Shown: one piece after another, positions 1 through 28,799 of the stretch
Layout of the letters: each line of letters begins with the position of its first letter
How positions within the stretch are numbered: position 1 is the stretch's first letter
NCBI RefSeq assembly: GCF_001194135.2
Contig: NC_068987.1
Coordinates: 74,399,991 to 74,435,319, forward strand
Length of the DNA: 35,329 nucleotides
Reading direction: 5' to 3'
Source: Octopus bimaculoides
Taxonomy: Eukaryota
The notes under the pieces: generated by a model
Told to the model about the DNA's origin: nothing
The model's database searches: none
Seen by the model: only the letters and a program-made list of their open reading frames with translations
Translations under genes and position numbers: made by a program

Positions 1-362
1 AATAAGAGGGGGCTGAGGACGGAACCTTGGTGGACCCCTACCTCTACCCGGAATTCATTGCTGTACTCATTTCCAACCTTCACCTTACTGGCAGCATCTC
101 TGTACATGGCTCGCACAGCTCTCACTAACCATTCTTCTATCCCAAGTTTCCTCATTGACCACCAGATAAGAGATCGGGGGACCCTGTCAAAGGCTTTCTC
201 CATGTCAACAAAAGCCAGGTACAGAGGTTTATCCTTAGCTAGGTATTTCTCCTGCAGCTGTCTCACTAGAAATAAGGCATCAGTAGTGCTTTTACCTGGC
301 ACGAACCCAAACTGCATCTCATCTAAATTGATTCGCTCCCTAATTAGTTGGGCTATGACCCT
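1..362 (-). mobile_element. RTE-clade LINE reverse-transcriptase fragment, 5'-truncated, runs off the window edge
   Basis: Uninterrupted minus frame RVIAQLIRERINLDEMQFGFVPGKSTTDALFLVRQLQEKY...LAFVDMEKAFDRVPR...GVHQGSVLSPLL; ORF 58..384 (+) is its antisense shadow. Confidence 0.93.
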
Positions 363-1819
363 GGTTAAGAAACAAGTTTCTTGATCACACTGTCATATCT
401 GTGCCTATTGGTCATGTACTTGTGGGAATGTTTACGTTTGCTTACCTTTGCAAGATAACATGTGAACACAAGAAACAGTGATGTTATGTTACATCCACTT
501 TTAACAAGTTGTCTTGTTGCTCTGCTTGTGGAAAAATGGGATAGTCCTTTCCTTGAAAAACAGGTAGAGCTTAGCAAATGTAAGATAGTGTCTTGTCTAA
601 GTATTGTATTTGATGGCAAAAAAGATGCGTGAACATATTAGACACCCCAGTTTCAGCAGCACATATTCATAAAAAATCTTTAGTGCATTAAAGCTGCTGG
701 GAAGCTCAACTTTGTATATAGGAACAGGGTGATATTTTGAGACATTTTGAAGGGGGGAAAAGTCTCTTATATATCATCTAATATGGTATTTGTCCCACCT
801 ATACTAGACTCTGTGTGTGTAGATGTAACACACATACACACACTCTCTGCATTTAGGGCTCATGTAGCATTGCTGTTTGTACACAAGCATTATTATACAA
901 TCAGTCCTTCACTCTGAGGAAGAGGCCTTTTGTTACCAACAGAGGTAATAACTCTCTGACCTTTCTCCTGCTAGTTTGTATTGTAGCAACTATTCTTTCA
1001 GAACATTCTCCTCCACTGCTAATTAGATCACCCAGGTAACAAACTGTCTACTACTTGTAAGGAGCCTCCTGAGTATTTAAGAAAATATTTCTCATATGTT
1101 CTTAGTGTTTGTTGTTCCTGTGCATATGCCGTACAGTCTTTCTCTGTTAATCTTCCAGTGACTCCACTGCACCTCTTTTGTGACGATATTTAGCAGTGAA
1201 TTACTATCTATGCCTTTCTACATATCAAACAAGGTTATTTGAAGGGATAAAGTGTACTGTCTGATTTCCTGTGGCCTTTTAGCTAAGAAGACAGCTTAGT
1301 TTATATAAATTCTTAAAATTTATCCAAATTTCCATAAGGGTGGAATTACAAACTATATCCCTAAATTAGTGGTGATAATTTATAATCTAAGTGTAAAATT
1401 CTGTAACCTGAGGTAACCGTAATGCAAGGGTGCCTGTATGTATGTAGGTCGTATATTTTGTTTGTTTACATTTGTCTTGCTATTCTCACTTTCAACAAAT
1501 CATCTACTTCATGCCTTTGTGAAATAAACGATCTATTATTTGAAAATAAGATAAGCAATTAGAAGAGCGTCAGGCTGTAAAACAATGCTTCGATAATATA
1601 GACGTCTAACCTATGCTGGCACTGAAAAACAGACATAAAAATGTATATGTATATTAATTATATGATTTCAGAGATGTTGAATGTTTAACAATTCATGCTT
1701 CAATCTAATCTAAGGCATAATACCACAAAATGCTCAGTAAATAGGTAACAATAAAATAACATTTTTAGAGCTACCACATTCATCTCCATGATAAAACATG
1801 GAATGAGTAAATCATTGTC

Positions 1820-2140
1820 ATCATCACTTTACCATAGCATCCACTTTTCTGTGCTTGCATGGGTTGGGTGAAATTCATTGAGGTATATTTTCTATGGCCA
1901 GATGCCCTTCTTGTTACCAACTCTTGCCAGTTTCCAAGTAAGGTAACATTTCCCCATGTTTTCGTTGAAGATTAGAAATGCACACAGCTTGCATGGTGGC
2001 AGTACTCTTTAAACTACCATGCAATGTTGAGATAAGATGTAAATGTATACGCATGCATACACCAGGCTTTCAGTTTCTCTATCAAAGCCACATACGAGGC
2101 TCTGGTCAGCTCATAGCTATAGTTGAAGACATCCAAGGTG
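1820..2140. mobile_element. Old degenerate SINE-like dispersed repeat (sister copy at ~16915-17275)
   Basis: Shared blocks tttctatggccagatgc, gtaaggt, ttcagtttc, gctata..gaagac between the two copies. Confidence 0.55.
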
Positions 2141-3104
2141 ATTGATATCTAATGTTACCACAAGGTTACAATTTTATTGGTAGGTACAGATTAGACTTAG
2201 TACTTTTTTTCTTTTATTTTTTATCAACCCTAGCAGAATGAAAGATAAAGTTAACTCTTGAGATATTATCTGAAAACAAAGGGACTTAATCTAGTGCTCT
2301 TTTGATTCTACCAGCCACTTCCCTTTATAACATGAGCAATACATAGCAGCATTAGGTGAGCACTTTAGCCCCAAACCAACCCTGATTAAGCAGACCTATA
2401 ATCACTACATCTCCCTTTTCACACATGATGTAAGTAGGGCTTTTATCAAATGGGTTTTTTTTTAATGATGAGATTTGAGGTATCCTGAAGTTCATAAAAT
2501 AAGCACCAATTAGGAACTAGTTTGATTTAATTCACTTCCCTCATCCTCAATATAAGGCTCAAAATGTTAGACTGTGTGTCATAGTTAAGAAATTTTTATT
2601 TTAAAATGTCTAGATCTTGCTAAAAGAAATTGAACTTCCATCTTTAGAAATGACTTAGTTTAAATATTTTAATTTGAGCAGATGTTAATATTAAGGAAAA
2701 CTAGGTTGGTAGTGTTTGGTAAGTGTGTTTTGTAAGTGGAAGACAATAAATAACAGTAGTTTCATTATTTAACCACAGACTTCTGATCCAGGCTTGGCCT
2801 CCCCACCTCCTCAGTATTATTGAAGATTACATTATCCAGTGTGTCCTTTTTTTAAAATAGTTGGATGTGCTTTAGTTGCTATTTCTATAAATTTGAGCAG
2901 CCACATAAAGGCTTCTCTGTTGCCCTATTACATTGAGTAATGAGCTGTGCTGAAACACTAAGATACCATTCTTTGTTAACTTGAATCGATTATATGCCAG
3001 AAGCACTCAGCCTCTGTATCTCACTTATATATCAGTCTGTCTAATGTTTTTGAAGCTCTTGAGTTTTTCTTTTTAATTCTATTTACTTTTTGTATGCTTT
3101 TTAG

Positions 3105-22359
<19,255 letters not shown>

Positions 22360-23314
22360 ATTGTTACTTCCAGCAAAGTCTTTTATCACCCCCAACAATT
22401 TATAAACAAAAAAAATTTTTTTTTTTCTCCCTCTGTCAACCACTTTCAACATGTCTGCTGTTGAATTTGTTAGTTTCACATTCCCTTCTCTCAATAATTT
22501 GCCATTTCACTTATCAGTTAAAATGTAGAGCTATTCAAGTATGTTACTTCATGGCCATTTCCGAATTGCATAGTTAAAAGTGGAAAAAAAAAAAAACTAA
22601 CAAAAAACAAAATGTCTCTAATATCCAAATTTTCATACTTTTTTTTTCTTTATTTTTTACATGTTTCCCATTGAAGTTTTTACTTGAAAATTTTCTCATT
22701 TCCCTCCCATTTTATTGATAAACGGAGGAGATACTTATATTCCAAGAAAACACCTATTCGTAAAGAGAAAAGTTTATAAATGCCTACCTACTTTCTCCTC
22801 TCCCTGCCACTGAAAAAAATTTAGAAAAAAAAACAACTCAAAAATGTGAACTAAATATTACAGAAAACATAATTTAAAAATGGACAAGACATGGACAATT
22901 TTATTCAGACAACAGGCTAAAATGACAAAGGTATATGACAAAAGACGGTTCAAAGCACTGAGATGTTTAAATCGAATGTTATTGCTATAATAAAATACCT
23001 ATTTAAAAAAGAAAACAAATTTAGAGTATGTTGTTCACTTTGTATTTTTAATGATGAAAAGGTTTTATGTGTTTTTATTGTTTTTTTTTTTCCCCTACCC
23101 CCAACGATTTCATGTTTACATCTTTTTTTAATTATTTCTTTTGACTTAACTGCTGTTATGTTTTGGTTTGTTTGTTGCTATCCTGTAAGAAATTTCAGAT
23201 GAAATTTTTGAATGCTTTTTAGATTGTGAATGGAAAAATATGATAGTACTACTTACTGACCTACATTTTGTGTCAAATTGCAGAAACTTGATTTAAAAAA
23301 AATTTTCTTACAAA

Positions 23315-23320
23315 AATAAA
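23315..23320 (+). terminator. Candidate polyadenylation signal for VCP (AATAAA; another at 23676-23681)
   Basis: Hexamer ~950 nt after the stop, following a U-rich putative 3' UTR; chance hexamers are common at this AT content. Confidence 0.25.
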
Positions 23321-23325
23321 ATATT

Positions 23326-23414
23326 TTTTGACTTCAGCTGGATTTGAACTCTAAATATAAATAACCCAAATAAATACCACAAATCATATTCTGCCACACT
23401 AACAATTCTGCCAG
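23326..23414 (-). mobile_element. Decayed tRNA-derived SINE head
   Basis: Minus strand tggcagaattg (A-box-like) ... gagttcaaatcc (B-box). Confidence 0.55.
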
Positions 23415-23814
23415 TTTTTATCATTTAAAAAGAGAATAGTATTTTCTCTTTCTACTTATCTTTTGTGTTCAGATACTTTTACTTACAATGTTTATATTTA
23501 TATGAAAGGAATGATATTAATTCAATTACCTTATAAGTTGCATTATTTTGTACTTGATTCTAACTGAAAAGACTGGGAGGTAACTTTGTACCTGGAGCAA
23601 AGTTAAAACTATGACAAGAAAATAATTTCCTGCCAAGATAATCCTAAATTAGGGTTGCATCTTATACACAAATACAATAAATAAAATATGCAGGCCAGAG
23701 AATACAAACAAATGAAATTGAGTATCATGTTTACTATAATGAGTAAAAGGAAATATCAATAAATAATACTTAAAAAATTATTAATGGAATATTTTCATTA
23801 GTTACATTCCTGTA

Positions 23815-24082
23815 TCATCATCAACGGTTAACGTCTGCTTTCCATGCTAGCATGGGTTGGACGATTTGACTGAGGACTGGTGAACCAGATGGCTACACCA
23901 GGCTCCAAACTGATTTGGCAGTTTCTACAGCTGGATGCCCTTCCTAACGCCAACCACTCCAAGAGTGTAGTGGGTACTTTTACGTGCCACTGGCACGAAC
24001 GCCAGTCAGGTGGTACTGGCAACGGCCATGCTCAAAATGGTGCGTTTTACGTGCCACCTGCACAGGAGCCAGTCCAGCGGCA
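23815..24082 (-). mobile_element. SINE-like repeat, inverted copy of 15925-16194
   Basis: Direct alignment; (CAT)n tail on the + strand; explains the similarity of ORFs 15874..16152 and 23880..24125. Confidence 0.88.
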
Positions 24083-24315
24083 CTATTTTCAGTTAATGAA
24101 GAAAAGAAATATTGAGCCCATTTGATTGCCTTAATGCATATGTTTAGAAGGAACGGTTTTAATTGAAGAACTTATGGGTTTTGCTCGCTGTAACAATTTT
24201 ACTGGTTCACTAAATTTCCCCACTAGTGACTTGGGGTAAGTAATGTTAGAATGAAAGACATAACATAAAGGAACAAGGGGAAAGAGGAATTGGCTTTACA
24301 TTGTAAAGGTCATAA

Positions 24316-24317
<2 letters not shown>

Positions 24318-24361
<44 letters not shown>
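24318..24361. repeat. (AT)n microsatellite
   Basis: Read directly. Confidence 0.97.
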
Positions 24362-24364
<3 letters not shown>

Positions 24365-24783
24365 GAATGACAGCTGAAAGTGTTAAGCAATCCAAACGGG
24401 AAGTAGTCTGAGGGAGATATGAAGTAAAAACGGTGAATGCTGATATTTAGAATATTAAGCCTCAAGGTAGATAAGGGACTGAAACGAGTAGCGTGAAAAT
24501 ATACTGGAAAAATGAACATGAAATTATATAGCATCTATTTATACTATCAACGGTGTATATAGCCAGTTACTGCTGTATTTCTCAACAGAAATGTAAACAC
24601 AAATAGAGAGATGAAAATTCGTCTCAGCGAGAACGCTAGAAGCATTTCGGCCATTGAAAATGCCCAAGGTTGAAATGCATCTGGTACTCTTGCTCGCCGC
24701 TGCTGGAACGAAGTTTGTATCCTTTTCTTATATGTATTGTTTTTTACACAGAAGTCTCATAAGAAACGTTTTCTCTGGACAAA

Positions 24784-25154
24784 TGTTGTTGTTGTTGGCA
24801 CTCCGTCGCTTACGACGTCGAGGGTTCCAGTTGATCGGATCAACGGAACAGCATGCTCGTGAAATTAACGTGCAAGTGGCTGAGCACTCCACAGACACGT
24901 GTATCCTTAACGTAGTTCTCGGGGATATTCAGCATGACACGTGACAAGGCTGACCCTTTGAATTACAGGCACAGCAGAAACTGGAAGTAAGAGTGAGAGG
25001 TGTGGTGAAAGAGTACAGCAGGGTTCGCCACCATCCCCTGCCGGAGCTTCGTGGAGCTTTAGGTGTTTTCGCTCAATAAACACTCACAACGCCCGGTATG
25101 GGAATCGAAACCGCGAGTCCGCTGCCCTAACCGCTGGGCCATTGCGCCTCCACT
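24784..25154 (-). mobile_element. Near full-length tRNA-derived SINE with (CAA)n tail
   Basis: Minus-strand A-box tggcccagcgg (25131-25141), B-box gtttcgattcc (25101-25111), tail gagtgccaacaacaac, imperfect flanking duplication gacaa(a)tgt. Confidence 0.85.
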
Positions 25155-25440
25155 ATCGACAATGTGTGTACAGTAAGTATAATATATAGATAGCTATTTT
25201 AATTACTGCCTTAGTTGCGTATACCGGATAAAATTAGGTATATATTGTGTGCGGATATGTTATATTTTCTGTTGCATATGTGGTGTTATTCATTTAATCC
25301 ATTAGATTCCAGATACATTGTGGTGCTACATTAAAAGGTTTTGTCAAATTGATCCAATACTTTTTTTTGAATTTGGAGCTTGCCGTGTAGAAGATGCGCT
25401 TTTTCACTTTGCGATGTGTGTACATATATATATATAATTA

Positions 25441-25530
25441 TTCAGCCACTTGCGCGTTAATTTCACAAGCAGGCTGTTTTGTTGATCGGATCAAGTGGGA
25501 CCCTGGTCGTAATAACCGACAGTGCCAGTG
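25441..25530 (+). mobile_element. Partial 3' copy of the same tRNA-derived SINE, inverted relative to 24795-24885
   Basis: tcagccacttgcgcgttaatttcacaagcaggctgttttgttgatcggatcaagtgggaccct matches the reverse complement of 24810-24885. Confidence 0.8.
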
Positions 25531-26036
25531 TTGGTTACACACACAAAGATTGCTCTGCGTCATATACGGTCGCATTACGTACAGATGGAAGACTGAGCTT
25601 TGTTGGCTAGAGAGTCGGAGAAAGAGTAAGTCTCATAGGCACAATAATTGTTACTAAAAAAAAAAAAAGAACAAAAAACCGCCTCCAGAAATTGGTAACG
25701 CACCAAATTATCACACCGTGGAAGAACAAATCATCGAAAATATGCTAACGGTTCATTGGCAGTTACGTGAGATCACATATTACTGTGCCGCCTTTCCCAG
25801 CATACATAGCCTAAACCCAACATATTCTTTAGGTTTGTAATATAAATATATATATATAAACAAAGCTATTACGATAGTGTTCGATCGCGGTGACACAAAA
25901 CATCAAGCCAGAAATACTAAATTCTCATCCTGTGGAGTAATTCTCTTAAACAAAATAAGCCGACGATAAAGTTGGCTTGAAAGAAGATTAAGTGGAGACA
26001 GCGTTCCCGTAAAGTTATTTATGATAGATTTCTTAT

Positions 26037-26849
26037 ATTGCAATGTTATTATCAGTCCGAGTATGCTTGTTGCACTTTCGAACTGGAGAACAAGCTACTC
26101 ACTGCGTTTTGTTACGGAGAATATATCTCGCTTGTTGACAAATGGTGTGTATACAAATGAGGTGTGGGATCTTTTTTAAAACGGGGGCCACATTTTTTCA
26201 TTAACGAAACACTTTGAAACTTGGAACACTGGTAGAATGTGTCATATAAAACATCTTTTTCTCTTAGTCTTCTTTAAAAAAAAAAAAGAAATCCATAAGT
26301 TATTCCATGCTAAAATTGTATTTCTGTAATTTCAACCAATCACTGACGTCCATTCAGCCGATATACATTAAGTGCCGACTACATAAACAAACGATTCTGA
26401 AACAATTAACCCTAACCCTAACCCTAGGGTTAGGGTTAAAGCAAATTTAAAATGAAAAAAGCAAATAAAACGAAGGTATGGAGATTAAATACGCTTTACA
26501 TCGCTTAATCAGCCAAAGGAGTAAATATAAACAACTGAATACTTGTCAGTGATTGGTTGAAATTATCGAAATAAGACAATTTTTTACATGAAATAAATTC
26601 GAATACAAAAATATTTTTCTGTTCTATAACACAAAATAGATAAGTATACGAAGTTTGAAAGTCTTTCCGTACCAAAAACACTACGTAAAACATTAATGAA
26701 AAATGTGGCCCCCGTTTTAAAATAGATCCGAGGTGTGTACACGTCATTTATCAACAAGTGAGATATACTCACCATGACAAAACACAGTGAGTCGCTTGTT
26801 CCCCAGTTCAAACGTGCATCAAGCATATTCAGATTGATAACATTGCAAT
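26037..26849. mobile_element. ~810-bp diverged foldback (palindromic) element with central telomeric repeats
   Basis: Outer arms 26037-26204 / 26693-26849, perfect 21-bp inner IR 26327-26347 / 26545-26565, weaker arm similarity in between. Confidence 0.8.
26407..26438. repeat. Head-to-head interstitial telomeric repeats (TAACCC)3-TA-(GGGTTA)2
   Basis: 26413-26438 is a perfect 26-bp palindrome taaccctaaccctagggttagggtta. Confidence 0.95.
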
Positions 26850-26904
26850 TTCACTTATCACTGCTTAGCGCTCCCACTCCGTAAATTTTGTATTGTTCAA
26901 ACCT

Positions 26905-27420
26905 ATGGCTGACAAAATAAGAAAAGAGCGACCGTTATAACATTAAATTTAAGCTAGATGCTGTAGCATTTGCGAAGAAACAATAAATAAGGCAGCACTT
27001 ACTCAACTGAAAAAAAAAACAAAGGTAAGGACTCTGAGGAGACAAGAACGGCTGAAAGCTAGTAGATGTTACAGATGTCTCCGCAGAGGAGTTGTAAAGA
27101 CTTGAACAATTAAATCTTAGACAAAAGAAGGGGCTTTTCCATATCTACTAAAAGGATTTACACCATTGAAGACTTGTAACAATGGAAAAGATATCAATGA
27201 GTTTAGAGGGTCACTATCATGGTGTTCCAGATTTATGAGGAGAAATAATCCTGTATGAGGTCTAGAACAAGTATACAAAATGTCTTCTAAAACGATAAAA
27301 ACATCATTCGATTTTTTAGGTTTGTAGTTAATGCAAAAAAGAGTTAATTTTGATCTTTCACAGATATCAAATAAGAATGAAATATTTTTGACATTTTATG
27401 TCTCATCAAATAAGACGGTA
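26905..27420 (+). pseudogene. pogo/Tigger-type transposase N-terminal remnant with probable right TIR
   Basis: Frameshifted YNIKFKLDAVAFAKK..NKAA (Brinker-like HTH) and EFRGSLSWCSRFMRRNN (CENP-B-type HTH); element ends aataagacgg + TA at 27409-27420. Confidence 0.7.
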
Positions 27421-27437
27421 GAATTCTATATATATAT

Positions 27438-28075
27438 ACTAGTAACTAAACCCGGTTTCACCCGGTCGGTTTGGATGATGTGGCTGTAAAACCTGTTCTG
27501 TGAAGCATTCGACTTGTTTGGGCACGTTTACGTTAACAATTCTAGAATGACTTTTTTCTGTCAAAACGCTAAAAATAACTGACCAAAAAAAAAAAAACCC
27601 ACTTCCTTTGCGCTCGCACACGCGCACACACACATTCACATGCCCTCTTTTACATACACACATATATTCACACATTTGAAACGCTCACCACTTCTTTCCT
27701 TATTCATCTATCACCTCTTCCTTTCTTATTCATAAACACAAAAGTATTATTATAGTAGATTATCTCGGTAACCATGGGAGGTATGAAAAAACATGACATC
27801 ACTCCTTCCTTCATTATTCATCTATCACCCATTCCTTTCTCATTCATAAACACAAGAGTATTATTATAGTAGATTATCTCGGTAACCATAGGAGCTATGA
27901 AAAAATACCAAGCCCAGCATCACCACCGGATCATTCTACACATCTGTGTAATTTTTCGCGCAATTCCACCCAGCCGTTTGACCGTGAATCCCAAGACAAG
28001 ACTCGCCCATGTAAAATTNNNNNNNNNNCACACACACACATACATACATACACGCTCACAAAATAATGTAATTGA
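27438..28075 (+). mobile_element. Helitron/Helentron-like non-autonomous element
   Basis: actag start after a TA run, subterminal aaacccggtttcacccggtcggttt hairpin, internal tandem repeat, 3' ccagccgtttgaccgtg plus microsatellite; no coding sequence; family assignment by resemblance only. Confidence 0.4.
27700..27905. repeat. Tandem duplication, 114-bp period, ~1.8 copies
   Basis: ttattcatctatcacc...gtattattatagtagattatctcggtaaccat..atgaaaaaa at 27700 and 27814. Confidence 0.92.
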
Positions 28076-28259
28076 CCGAAAGCTTAAATTTCTTCTCATA
28101 ATTCTTCTCATAATTTAAAAGCACGAAAATACTATCGTTACATACATCCTAACACGTCATTTCTACGGATTCTCCAATTCAACGATGATCGATAACTCGT
28201 GTTATTTTAAACAAGCGAGCTGTGTATATATCTTTCCACATGCGCCTGAAGCCTTTCTT

Positions 28260-28262
<3 letters not shown>

Positions 28263-28317
<55 letters not shown>

Positions 28318-28331
28318 GATAGATAGATAGT
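28263..28331. repeat. Compound (GT)n(AGAT)n microsatellite
   Basis: Read directly. Confidence 0.97.
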
Positions 28332-28799
28332 TATAAACATTACCAATATAAGATACTAAATTCTTGCTGCGGTATTTCTTTAAAGACGTATAGTGCTATA
28401 AAACACTGTACTTCAAAGCCAGACGAAACGAAACAAGGAAGTGAACGAGACTGACACCCGCTCATCAGTGCAATATACTTATCTCGCCTTCGAAACGAAG
28501 TGTTTATGGGTGATGGGTTGACTTCTTGAATAAAATTAATGTTAAACTGGGTTGCAGCGTTTAAACAAAACCAACCGAAACACCCTGGGAACCTCACGCG
28601 ACAACGATTCGTCTCTTACTCGATTCTTCGAGCTAAGAAACAACTGTCCCTCTCAAGAGTGAAATCTGAAGCGAAACTAAAACAAGCAATGCATACTGAG
28701 ATCAGAGTAAAATATAAAACAACTTGGTAACATTCTGAGTTGGATACTGACAACAAATTGATCTGGCGACGAATTGTCTTACTGCAGGAGATAAACAGA

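Noticed and set aside
58-384. 108-aa ORF on the + strand
   Set aside because: It is the antisense shadow of the RTE reverse-transcriptase frame on the minus strand.
1-3104. Search for the first two VCP coding exons (residues ~1-43)
   Set aside because: No TAIL/PNRL/DNSVV-like coding segment with splice sites was found; these exons must lie upstream of the window.
25085-25154. tRNA gene (also 23326-23414)
   Set aside because: A/B boxes are present but there is no cloverleaf, and the sequence continues into SINE body and tail; these are SINE heads.
27700-27905. CRISPR-like repeat-spacer array
   Set aside because: Only two long diverged units in a eukaryotic repeat, no unique equal-length spacers and no cas genes.
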